DNA of 64,000 bases from an uncultured Gemmatimonadales bacterium. Its GTDB lineage: Bacteria; Gemmatimonadota; Gemmatimonadetes; Gemmatimonadales; GWC2-71-9. The DNA lies in assembly GCA_963828735.1 (NCBI GenBank), contig CAWHFW010000005.1:1984001-2048000 (forward strand). The letters run 5' to 3'. Below the pieces are notes generated by a model that saw nothing but the letters and a program-made list of their open reading frames with translations, was not told the origin of the DNA and made no database searches. Of this stretch, positions 50,263 to 60,951 are shown piece by piece. Each line of letters opens with the position of its first letter. The stretch's first letter is position 1. The position numbers and the translations under genes were made by a program.

Positions 50263-52881
50263 TCGCCGACCTCCTGGAGCGGCTCCGGGCGCTGCTCTTC
50301 CGTCGCCGGTGGCAGCGCGATCTGGACGAGGAGCTCCGCTTCCATCTCGAGCAGGACGAGGCCGCGCGCATCCGGGCCGGTGCCGACGCCGCGACGGCCC
50401 GCCGCGAAGCCCTGCTCGCGTTCGGCGGCGTCGAGCAGTGGCGCGAGGCCACTTTCGACGCGAGCGGTGTACGCCCGCTCCACGATCTCGCGGCCGACGT
50501 TCGCTTCACCCTGCGCGGCCTCCGGCGCAATCCCGGCTTCACCGCCACGGCGGTCCTGGTGCTCGCGCTGGCCATCGGCGCCGCCACCGCGGTGTTCAGC
50601 GTCGTGCGCACGGTGCTCCTGAGCGACCTGCCGTATCCCCACGCCGACCGGCTAGTGCGGGTGTACGAGCAGAACTCGCCGACCAACCGCTGGACCCTCT
50701 CGGTGGTGGACGTCCAGGCGATTCGCGAGCAGCAGCGGAGCCTCGATGCCTTCGGCGCCGCGCGCATGGGCGTGGCCGGGCTCGCGGGCGGCGGCGAGCC
50801 GGAGCAAGTCGCCGTCGCCTGGGTCACGTCCGGTCTCTTCTCAGCGCTCGGCACCACGCCGGCCGCCGGCCGCCTCATCGAGGCCGGCGACGAGCGCCCC
50901 GACGCACCGCCGGTGCTCGTGGTCTCCGCGCGGCTGGCGGCGGAGCGCCTCGGCGGCGTCCGGGCGGCGGTCGGCCGCACCCTGTCGCTCGACGGCGTGA
51001 GCCACACCGTCGTCGGCGTGCTGCCGCCCGGCCTGGACGAGCTCGCTGGCATGCAGGCCGCGGCGTGGCCGGTGCTCAAGACCTCGACGCCCACCCGGCG
51101 CGGGCCGTTCGGGCTCCGCGGCATCGGGCGGCTCAAGCCTGGAATCGCCCTCGACGACGCGGCCCGCGATCTCGCCGGGATCAGCGAGCGCATCTATCCG
51201 CTCTGGCGCGCCGGTTTTCGGGACAGCGTCGCCCGGCTCACCCCCTATTCGCTCCGCGACTCCATCGTGGGCGGCGCCACTCAACAGCTCCGGCTCTTTG
51301 CCGGCGCGGTGCTGCTGGTCCTGCTCGGCGCGCTCGCCAACGTCGCCACGCTCCTCTTGGTGCGGGTCTCGTCGCGCGGTCACGAGCTCGCGGTCCGCGC
51401 GACGCTCGGCGCGTCCCGGCCCAGGCTCGCGCGCCTGGTGCTCACGGAAGGGCTGGTGCTCGCGGGGCTGGCCACGCTCGCCGGCATCGGGCTCGCCGCG
51501 TTGGGACCCCGGCTGGTGAACGCGATCGCGCCGCAGCTGCCGCGCGCGCACGAAATCGTGCTGGACGCCCGCGCAGTCGCCGTTGCCGTGGCGCTCGGCG
51601 CGGCGAGCGGGCTCCTGGTGAGCCTCTCTCCGGTCGCGGCCGTGCTCGGCGGCCGCCTCGTGTCGCTGCGCGCGGAAGGGCGCCGAGCCGGAGGCACGCG
51701 GTGGACCGGTACGGTGCGGGGCGTCCTGGTGGCGGCGGAGTTCGCGCTGGCCATCCCGCTGCTCCTGGCCGCCGCGCTTCTGGCCAACAGCCTCCTGCGC
51801 TTGCAGCGGGTCGATCCCGGCTACGACGCCGGGTCGAGCTTCACCGTCTGGCTGGCGCCCCCGGCGGTACGCTATCCGGACACCACCGAGGTGCGGAAGT
51901 TCTGGCGCGGAGCGGTCGCCTCGGCGCTGGAGACGCCGGGTGTCGTCGCCGCGGGGCTCGCGACCTCGGCGCCACCCGACAACCAGGGCGACGTCAACAA
52001 CTTCAACCTGATCGCCCACCCGGTGGCCGAGGGCGGCGCCGAGCCGACCTCGCCGTGGTCGTCGGTCACGCCGGGCTTCTTCGCCGCGCTGGGCATCCCG
52101 CTGGTGGAGGGTCGACTCTTCGGCGATGCCGATTCCGCCGGCGCGCCGCCCGTGGCCGTCGTGAGCCGCTCGTGGGCCTCGCGTTACTTCCCGCGCGAGA
52201 GCGCGATCGGGCAGCAGATGGTGGAGGGCGGCTGCTACGAGTGCTCCCGAACGACGATCGTCGGCATCGTGGGCGACGTGAAGTACCAGGGTCTCGCCGG
52301 GAACGGCGAAGGCGTGTACACGCCGCTGCTGCAGTCGCAGTCCCGCACGGCGGCGTTGTTCGTGCGGACCGGCGCCGCGCCCGCAGAGCGTCACGGCTCC
52401 CGTGCTGGAGCGCCTCAGGGCTCTGGATCCCGAGTTGCCGCTCTCGGCCCGGCTCATGACCGACGAGCTGCGCCGCGCGCTCGCCGATCCGGCCCGGTGG
52501 ACGGCCGTGCTCTCGGCCTTCGGGGCGGCGGCGCTCGCGCTCTCGGCGTTGGGGATCTTCGGGCTGGTGTCCTACCTGGTGCGGCGACAGCGGCGGGAGA
52601 TCGGCGTGCGGCTCGCGCTGGGCGCCGAGCCGCGCGCCATCCTGCGGATGGTCCTCGCACGCGGCATGCGCTACGTGATCGCGGGAACCCTGGTCGGCCT
52701 CGTCCTTACGGTGGTGAGCGGGCGCTGGCTGGGCTCACTGCTCTACGAGGTGGGGCCGAACGATCCGCTGACTCTGGGCAGCGTCACGGCGATGCTGCTG
52801 ATCGCCGCGCTGGCGGCGTGCCTCGTCCCGGGCCTCAGGGCCGCGCGGATTCGGCCGGTCGAGGCGATGGCCGAGGAGTAG
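50259..52881 (+). CDS. ADOP-type duplicated MacB/FtsX ABC permease with frameshift near 52388
   Basis: GTGA overlap with padR; LDEELRFHLE, DVRFTLRGLRRNPGF, ELAVRATLGA, RVDPGY; C-terminus (REIGVRLALGAEP...AARIRPVEAMAEE) continues in ORF 52402..52881. Confidence 0.9.
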
Positions 52882-52896
52882 CCGTCTGGGTCGCGC

Positions 52897-53502
52897 TCAA
52901 TCGGGCCGAAAGAAGTCCCACGTCTCGAGCCCCGGCGCGATCGTCGCCTGTCCCACCACCCGGTACCCCATGTGCCGGTACAGCGCCACGTTCCGCTCGC
53001 TCTCGGTGCTGAGCGTCACCCCGCGCGAATCCGCCCGATCCCGCGACATCGCATGCACCTTCTCCAGCAGCGTCCGCGCGAGCCCGCGCCTCTGATGATC
53101 GGGCACCACGGCCAGCATGTTCACGTGGATGTTCGGCTCGTCCACCCCGGTCGACTCCCACGCCCGCACGCAGTCGTCGAAGCGCGCCCGCGCATCCGCA
53201 CCGAGCGCGGCCCAGGTCCGCTCGCGGAGCGGCTCGAGCTCCGGCGGCTCGACCCCGCCGGGCAGGGTACACACCGCGGCGGCGACCAGCTCGCCGCCCT
53301 CCGAGATCCCCAGGATCGGGTCATCCTGCAGCACCCGCGCGCCGTGGAAGAAGCCGATGAGCGTGCGGTGCCGCGCGGCGTAGTCGCCCCGATCACCCAC
53401 GATGTAACGCATCACGGGGTAGTCGACGAAGGCCTCGCACAGCACGCGGACGACTTCGTCCGCGGTGGCTCGGCCGTCGAGCAGTCGGGGAGCGTCGGTC
53501 AT
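52897..53502 (-). CDS. GNAT-family N-acetyltransferase
   Basis: ATG 53502; AFVDYP, MLAVVPDHQRRGLARTLL (acetyl-CoA motif A), NVALYRHMGY. Confidence 0.9.
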   Translation of the reverse strand: MTDAPRLLDGRATADEVVRVLCEAFVDYPVMRYIVGDRGDYAARHRTLIGFFHGARVLQDDPILGISEGGELVAAAVCTLPGGVEPPELEPLRERTWAALGADARARFDDCVRAWESTGVDEPNIHVNMLAVVPDHQRRGLARTLLEKVHAMSRDRADSRGVTLSTESERNVALYRHMGYRVVGQATIAPGLETWDFFRPD

Positions 53503-53586
53503 GGAGAGGAAACTTAGACTCGCCAAGGGCCGTCGCACTCGCCCGCGCAGTGTACCGCAAGCCTCATCGACCGAACTGCGCCCGCC

Positions 53587-54207
53587 CTAGAAGCGGAATC
53601 CCAGGCCGACCCCGAGGGATATCGGGTCCATCTTCAGGCTGGCCAGCGGGGCTCCCCCGTTCTCGAGATCCGCCGTCATGCCGTTCCATCGGAGGTCCAC
53701 GTTCAGGAGCGCCGTGGGCGACAGCTCCCAGTCCGCTCCCAACTGCAAGGCCGGCCCGACGCTCGCCGGCATGTCCGTGGAGTCCAGCTCGCCGCTCTTC
53801 TCCCACGCCACGGTGAGGTTGACTCCTGCGCCGGCATAGGGGCGCAGCCTCCCGCTGGTCGGCAGCCGGAGCTGGACCAGGAGGTTCAGCGGCAACAGCT
53901 CCAGCGACCCGAGGCGGTGGTCCTCCCCGGTGGGAACGAGGGCGTCGACCTCGCGGGACTCGGTCCGGACGGTCAGCTCGGCACCGAGGACGCGGCTCAA
54001 GGTCCGCCGGAGCGAGGCCTCGAGCGTGATGGCACTGTAGACCTTGTAGCCGGTCGGCTCGGACTCGTCCGAGCTGCCGGTCGCCAGGACGCGAGTAGTG
54101 AAGGTCCACGCTGGGGCATCCGATGCTCGATCCTGGGCGGCGATCCGGGTGGGCGCGGCTCCGCCCAGGATCCCGGCCACCGCCACCCCGATCCAGCGAT
54201 GTAACAT
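53587..54207 (-). CDS. OmpW-family outer-membrane beta-barrel
   Basis: GGGGAGG RBS before ATG 54207; signal peptide; LLPLNLLVQ, RPYAGAGVNLT, GPALQLGADW, NVDLRW, DPISLGVGLGFRF. Confidence 0.88.
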   Translation of the reverse strand: MLHRWIGVAVAGILGGAAPTRIAAQDRASDAPAWTFTTRVLATGSSDESEPTGYKVYSAITLEASLRRTLSRVLGAELTVRTESREVDALVPTGEDHRLGSLELLPLNLLVQLRLPTSGRLRPYAGAGVNLTVAWEKSGELDSTDMPASVGPALQLGADWELSPTALLNVDLRWNGMTADLENGGAPLASLKMDPISLGVGLGFRF

Positions 54208-54441
54208 GGCGTCCTCCCCGATGCCTTGAGGCCGTCGGCCGGGCGAGCCTGATGGCTGCGCCGGTGTGGCGGTACTGGGCATTCTAGGCGCCGTCGGGTG
54301 AAGCGATGGTGAAGGCTGACGGAGGCCGGTCTCACGGAAACCCGATTCGCTGCGGTGCCGTTGACCCATCAGGGCGCGGTAGCAGTAACCCACCGGCCGG
54401 AATAGATTTAGCGCTCCAAAACCCCGATCCAAGGCAGCACG

Positions 54442-56977
54442 ATGTCGAAGCCGGACACCAAGACAACCGCTTCCACCACCGACCAGCCGGGCGCGGCCGC
54501 AGCGCCCGGCCCGGCAGCCGACGCCTACCATCCCGAGGCCGTCGAGGCCAAGTGGCAGGCCCGCTGGGACGAGCGCCACACCAACGAGCCCGACCTTGAG
54601 GGTGCGAAGCGGCCGTTCTTCAACCTCATGATGTTCCCTTACCCGTCGGCCGAGGGCCTGCACGTCGGGAACATGTTCGCCTTCACCGGCAGCGACACCT
54701 ACGGCCGGTTCAAGCGCCTCCAGGGCTACGACGTCTTCGAGCCCATCGGCTTCGACGCGTTCGGCATCCACAGCGAGAACTACGCGATCAAGGTCGGCAT
54801 CAACCCCGGCATCCTGATCCCGCAGAACATCGCCAACTTCCGCCGCCAGCTCCGCCGCATCGGCGGCATGTTCGACTGGCGCCACGAGCTCGCGACCACG
54901 GATCCCCGGTACTACAAGTGGACCCAGTGGATCTTCCTCCAGCTCCTAAAGGCGGGGAAGGCGTACAAGAAGGCGGCCGCGGTCAACTGGTGCCCGCACG
55001 ACAAGACGGTGCTCGCCAACGAGCAGGTCATCAACGGCCGCTGCGAGCGGTGCGACACGGTGGTGGAGCAGCGGACACTCGAGCAGTGGTTCTTCCGGAT
55101 CACCGAGTACGCCGACCGGCTGCTGGCCGACCTCGACGACAAGTCGAAGATGGACTGGTCCGAGTCCACCACGACGGCCCAGCGCAACTGGCTCGGCCGG
55201 TCGGAGGGGGCGGAGCTCGAGTTCCCGATCGAGGGCGGCGCGCAGGCCGACGGTGATGCGGGCGGCGAGGCGATCCGCGTCTTCACCACCCGTGCCGACA
55301 CGATCTTCGGCGCCACGTTCATGGTGCTGGCGCCCGAGCATCCGCTGGTGGACCGCCTGGTCTCCGCGGACCGGCAGAAGGCGGTGGACGCCTACCGCAA
55401 GGCCGCCGCGTCGCAGGACCTGGTCTCCCGCAAGGTGGGCGAGCGCGAGAAGACCGGCGTCTTCACCGGCGGCTACGCCACGAACCCGGCCACGGGGAAG
55501 CAGATCCCGGTCTGGATCGCGGACTACGTATTAATGGAATACGGCACCGGCGCCATCATGGCCGTGCCGGGTCACGACGAGCGCGACTTCGAGTTCGCGG
55601 AGAAGTTCGGGCTGCCCATCGTCCGCGTCGTCGCCGAGCCGGGAACCGACGCAGAGAAGAGGCTCGAGGCGCCGTACGTGGACAACGAGCAGGGCGTCCT
55701 GGTCCACTCGGCGCCGTTCGACGGGCTGACGGTGCCCGAGGCCCAGCGCGCCATCACCGCATGGCTCGCCGAGCGGGGCGCCGGCGAGGCGGTGGTCAAC
55801 TACCGCCTGCACGACTGGTGCATCTCCCGCCAGCGCTACTGGGGCCCGCCGATCCCGATCATCTATTGCGACCAGCACGGCGCCGTCCCGGTCCCCGAGA
55901 AGGACCTGCCGGTCGAGCTCCCGATCATCGAGGACTTCCGCCCGGACGACACCGGCATCTCGCCGCTCGCTCGCCACGAGGCCTGGTACCACGTCCCGTG
56001 TCCCATCTGCGGCAAGCGGGGCCGCCGCGAGACCGACGTGAGCGACACGTTCCTGGACTCGGCGTGGTACCACCTGCGCTACCCGAGCACGGACTTCGAC
56101 GACCGTCCGTTCGACCCGGCGCTGACGAAGAAGTGGCTCCCGGTCACGACCTACATCGGCGGGAACGAGCACGCCGTCCTGCATCTGCTGTACTCGCGAT
56201 TCATCACGATGGTGCTGAACGAGCTGGGCCATCTCGACTTCGACGAGCCATACAAGCGGTTCCGCGCGCACGGCCTGATCGTGAAGGACGGCGCCAAGAT
56301 GTCAAAGTCACGCGGCAACGTCGTCATCCCGGACGAGTACATCGCCCGCTGGGGCGCCGACACGTTCCGGATGTACCTGATGTTCCTGGGCCCGTTCCAG
56401 GAGGGCGGCGACTTCCGCGACGAGGGCATCAGCGGCCCGCGGCGGTTTCTGGACAAGGTGTGGGCGCTGGTGGGCGACGCGTGCAAGACGCACGCGGACG
56501 ATGAGGTGCAGCACGAGGTGCTGGTGAAGTACCACCAGACGGTGAAGCGGGTGACCGAGGGGATGGAGGAGCTGCGCTACAACACCAGCATCGCGGCGCT
56601 GATGGAGCTGGTGAACGCGCTCCGGGCCGACAGCTGCACGCATCGCTCGCTGGTGGAGGGGCTGGTCGATCATGCTCGCCCCGTTCGCGCCGCACTTCGC
56701 CGAGGAGAGCTGGGAGCGGCTGGGGCACACGACGTCGGTGTTCGACGCGCGCTGGCCCGAATGGAACGAGGCGCTGACGGTCGAGGACAGCGTCGAGGTG
56801 GTGATCCAGGTGAGCGGGAAGACGCGGTCGCGGGTGAGCGTGCCGAGGGATGCGGAGCAGGGGGCGGTGGTGGAGGCGGCGCAGCGGGATGCGGCGGTGC
56901 GGAGGTTTACGGAGGGGAAGGAGGTCCGGAAGGTGGTGTATGTGCCGAATCGATTGCTGAATTTGGTGGTGGGGTAG
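54442..56977 (+). CDS. leuS: Leucyl-tRNA synthetase, frameshift near 56668
   Basis: MFPYPSAEGLHVGN, GFDAFG, TTRADT, YGTGAIMAVPGHDERD, DWCISRQRYWG, GGNEHA, KMSKS; C-terminus MLAPFAPHFAEE...VIQVSGKTR...LLNLVV in another frame ending 56977. Confidence 0.97.
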
Positions 56978-57018
56978 CACTCCTTTATTCCCGGGCAGCA
57001 AAACCAGCGCGCGACGCA

Positions 57019-57050
57019 CGACCTAGCGGCTGTATGCAGCCGTTAGGTCG
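57019..57050. other. 14-bp stem hairpin between convergent genes (terminator-like, with attC-like core words)
   Basis: CGACCTAGCGGCTG-tatg-CAGCCGTTAGGTCG with one G.T pair; no U-tract. Confidence 0.6.
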
Positions 57051-57070
57051 CACGACGTCCAAGCTGCGTA

Positions 57071-57934
57071 CTACTCGGCGCTCTGCAGCTCCGTGAAGGC
57101 TTTGGCGTCTTTGCCCGCTACCCGAATCGAACCGCCAATATACTGTCCAACGTTCAACTTCAGTTCGATGAGCTCGACACCGCTCGGAAAGAGTTGTACT
57201 CCCCCCGGCTTCGACTCCTGAAGCTTCTCGACCATCTTCCTGAAGGCTCCCTCGGCTGCGTCGGCTACGTCGCCAGCCCCCCAGCCACCAATGGCCATGG
57301 CTTCGCCCACCGGCGCTATGGCTCCTCCGTCATCAGCCGCTGCAGCTCCGTTGTCCTCAAAGGCGGCGTCCACGATTGCGGTGAACGTTTGCGACGCATC
57401 CGTGGGAATGAATGTCTTGACCACCGCCCTCGCATCACGGAGAGAGGTCGGCGTGCACTCCTCAATATCCTTGTCGAGCCTTGCCGAAGCGGTCTCCGGG
57501 ATCAAAACCTCCAACTGCACCCGGAACTCAACCTCCTTCTCTTTGCCGCGCTCGGCATCCTGGATGACAACCAGGTTGGGGATTTTCCGTCCCTTGGTCG
57601 GGCTTGTCGTCTCCCTGATGTTGTCATCGAAGGCATCAATGACGATTTGCTTGAACCTCTGTGAAGCTCCTGCTGCGTCGAGTCGATCCGTAACTATCTT
57701 TTTCGATTCTCCCAGCGAGGAGGCGGTCTTGTTCTTCAGATTGTGCTGCAGCTTGTCCCCTGCATCCTTCTCTTTGACGCGCACCTCCAACTGCACTCTG
57801 AATTCCACTTCCTTCGGATTCTGGGAATCCCGGATCACGACCAGATCCGGGAGTTTTCTTCCAAGTCGAGCCTTCCCACCAACGGGAGACAGCACGATGC
57901 GGGGCTTGGCGTCTAATACGGGGGGCTTGGACAT
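57071..57934 (-). CDS. Hypothetical protein with two ~81-aa internal repeats; lower GC than neighbours
   Basis: aa25-105 and aa115-195 share GRK(L/I)P(D/N)LVVI.D...KEVEFRVQLEV...SL...SQ.F..IV..AF.DN; GGAG RBS; Lys/Glu-rich composition. Confidence 0.8.
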   Translation of the reverse strand: MSKPPVLDAKPRIVLSPVGGKARLGRKLPDLVVIRDSQNPKEVEFRVQLEVRVKEKDAGDKLQHNLKNKTASSLGESKKIVTDRLDAAGASQRFKQIVIDAFDDNIRETTSPTKGRKIPNLVVIQDAERGKEKEVEFRVQLEVLIPETASARLDKDIEECTPTSLRDARAVVKTFIPTDASQTFTAIVDAAFEDNGAAAADDGGAIAPVGEAMAIGGWGAGDVADAAEGAFRKMVEKLQESKPGGVQLFPSGVELIELKLNVGQYIGGSIRVAGKDAKAFTELQSAE

Positions 57935-58164
57935 GTGGCCACTCCGATCCTGGTATCAGGTGAGACAGCCAAATGGCTCGGTGTCCGATGACATACAGTC
58001 CGGTACAGGGCTTCGCAAGTAATGCCGCAGTTGTGCCTTGATCCGTAACCGCGCCGTGAGGATGCCGACTTCCGATGTCGGCAGTAAGGTGCCGGCTCTT
58101 ACCTCGCCCCCGTACCAGCGGTAGGTTCAGGTCCTTCCCCGACATGGACGGCACCCGGGAGCGT

Positions 58165-58293
58165 ATGGAGTCACGCCCAGCGTTTGTAGTCGTTGCAGCC
58201 ATTCTGGGAGCCGCGGGAGTGATCATTTGGAGTGACCACGCCCTCGTACCTCATCCCTTCGATAGCCCCTACGAGCGCCCGCATGATTCCTGA
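58165..58293 (+). CDS. Possible 42-aa single-TM peptide
   Basis: GGGAG before ATG 58165; hydrophobic FVVVAAILGAAGVIIW; short, could be spurious. Confidence 0.25.
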   Translation: MESRPAFVVVAAILGAAGVIIWSDHALVPHPFDSPYERPHDS

Positions 58294-58314
58294 AGCCTAG
58301 ACGGATAGAGACCG

Positions 58315-60680
58315 GTGTCCGGGACAGACGCGCTCCCCTACCTAGGCGACCGGTACGCGCTCTTGAGCCGCATCGGAGCCGGTGGAATGGGCTGCGTCTA
58401 CCTCGCCCAGGACACCAAGCACGAGCGTCGCGTGGCGGTGAAGGTCCTCGATCCGGTGTATGGCCGTGCGGTGGGCACTCAGCGCTTCGTCCGGGAAATC
58501 CGCATTGCGGCGATGCTCACCCATCCCAACATCGTTCCGCTCTACGATTCGGGTGAGTTCGAGGGCCAGCTCTTCTACGTGATGCCCCATATCGATGGAC
58601 AGAGCCTCAGGGATCGGTTGAAGCGCGACCTGATGCTCCCTCTTGGGCAGACCCTTCAATGGGCGGCGGAGATCGCGGATGCACTCGCCTTCGCCCATAC
58701 CCATGGAATCGTCCACCGCGACATCAAGCCGGAAAACCTCCTCATTCAAGGTGACCGCCTGGTCCTCGCGGACTTCGGAGTGGCTCGCGCCATCGACCTG
58801 GCCGCGGACGAAGACATCACGAGCGAGCAACTGGTCGTCGGCACTCCGCTCTACATGAGCCCCGAACAGGCAAGCGGATCGAGAGTAGATGGTCGCAGCG
58901 ACATCTATTCCCTTGGATGTGTCATTTACGAAATGCTGGTCGGTGAGCCACCGTTCACCGGCGCGACGCCGCAGGCGGTGACCGCCAAGAAGGCCTCGGG
59001 TCGTTACCCTGCAATGCGCGTCGTCCGTCCCACTGTGCCGCCCACGGTGGACGATACGGTGGCCCGCGCACTCGCGAGCATTCCGGCCGACCGGTTTGAG
59101 ACGGCGCAGGAGTTCGCGGCCGCACTCCGGGCTGGCGTGACCTCGCGCGGGAGGATGCGTTTCCTTCCTCTAGGACTGCTGGGGATGGTGGCAGTCGCCG
59201 CCGTCTTGGCCGCTCTCCATCCTTGGAAGCGCGAGCCGCCAAGCGCGAAACGTCAGCGAATCGTGGTAGGAGTGTTCGCCAATCGAACCGGGGACACGCG
59301 CAACGACGCTCTCGGAATCATGGCCGCTGACTGGGTCACCGAAGGGTTGCAACGGACTGGCGCCGTCGACGTCGTGCCAACGCTTACCGCACTCACCGCA
59401 GACCGCTTCCTTCGCTCTACGTCTGACAGCGCTGACCCGGTGCGAACCATGGCCCGCGAAACCGGCGCCAATCTGGTGGTCGGGCACGACTCGCCCTGAG
59501 CCCGACGCCCGGCAGACGGAGCGCCCGCCGACTTACGTCTGCCTATCAGGCTTCGTCAGCGAAGCGCTGGTGCCATGCGGGAGGAAGCTGCGAATCGTCA
59601 GCTCGCGCATCGCCGCCACCGCGTGCGCGATCTCAGGGGACTCGAGCTTTGTGCGGCGCTCTAGCCTCCTTCTGCCTGACCAACCACGAAATCCAGGCGG
59701 ACTCGGTACTCCGCATTGTCGCCGTTGCGGCGCGAGCGCGCTGAGCGACTACGGATCGCTACTGGCTTGACTACGAACGCGCCGAGCTCGCGGGAAACGA
59801 TGTCGACGCGCTTAAGGCAATCCGCCGTGCCGCCGAGCTGGCTCCCGCCTCGAAGGCCTCGTACAATTTCGCCGTCGTGGCCTTCGAAAGTCGGCAACCG
59901 TTCTCGGCCGAGAGTGCTCTTGGACGACTGTCCCCCGACATCGGATCGATGAGGGGCTGGCAACCCTACTGGGATGTGCTGGCGAGCGCACTGCATGCCC
60001 AGAGAAAGTACCGGCAGGAGGCGAGGACAGGTCGGGAGGCGCGGCGCCGGTTTCCGGGGCGAGTTGATGCGTACATGTCGGAGGCACGCGCCTACGCAGC
60101 TGAACACGACGCCGCGGAGCTCGAGCAACTGTGGAATGCCGTTGCGACCGTGCGTGATGCTAAGCCGGCGGAAGTCGGCACCCTCGCCCTCCAGATAGGA
60201 GATGAGCTCAGAGCGCACGGAGACTCGGGCGCATCGCACCAGTGGTTCGACCGTGCCTACAGAGCCGCGTCGCCGGATGAAGCCGCCGCTCGCTGGGTGA
60301 AGGCAAGGGCCGCAGCGCGCCTTGGCCGCTTGAGAGAGGCCGTAGGACTCGGCAAGTCCCTTGTCGGGGATGACCCGGCACAACGGGATTACTATCTCGG
60401 TTTCGTCGGCATCGTGTCCGCCCAGCTTGGAGATAGCGCCAGTGCACAGGAACTCTCGCGGCGGCTCGCGGACGATCAGCGCCCTTTCACCTTCGGAGAG
60501 CCGCAAGTCCAGGCGGCCCGGATTGCAGCCGTCCTTGGCGACACCTCGCAAGTCGCAAGGCTCCTGGAATCGGCTTATCGCAAGGGTTATCCATACGATC
60601 TAGAGTTTCATCGAGATCAGGCGCTCGCCAGCGTGCGGAGCCTGACGGCTGTGCGACAGCTCGACGTTCCCCTGGAATAG
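58315..60680 (+). pseudogene. Ser/Thr kinase - TM - TolB_N-like - TPR gene broken at ~59480-59760
   Basis: Intact kinase ([18 protein letters not shown]), TM, IVVGVFANRTGD; stop at 59499; fragments (ERPPTY, ADSVLRIV, YDR/YWLDYERAELAG-like) in shifting frames; TPR C-terminus in ORF 59877..60680. Confidence 0.75.
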
Positions 60681-60951
60681 GCCGTCGGGCGTAGGCCGGC
60701 GGTTCGGTGCCAACGCGGTCGAGAGCAAGGTGCAGCCCCACGTGGTCGCAGTCGAGAAGCAACCTTCACGAAGTGAGCGGCAAGATTGCCCGCCGCGGCC
60801 CATGCTCTGGCTCCCCCGTCAGCCCCCGTCCATATTCAATCGTTCCCAGCCAGGCGGCCCTGGCCCCCCGGCCGGGCATGTCCCGTGGGCTCCTTTCCTT
60901 CCTCGCCGCGGACTCCAACCCACCACCAATGATTGAAGCGACGGCCGCCTA

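Noticed and set aside
54208..54441. T-box or other leader RNA upstream of leuS
   Set aside because: No T-box consensus or terminator/antiterminator seen; short divergent promoter region only.
56660..56680. Programmed frameshift or naturally split LeuRS
   Set aside because: No slippery sequence or stimulatory structure; removing one base restores a normal LeuRS, and similar indels occur across the window.
57019..57050. Functional integron cassette array
   Set aside because: Single short site, no intI and no further attC-like sites seen.
58043..58061. CCGTAAC-N4-CCGTGAG 11-bp-period pair upstream of the small ORF and kinase
   Set aside because: Poor match to the TTGA core and no CAnnnT at the expected distance.
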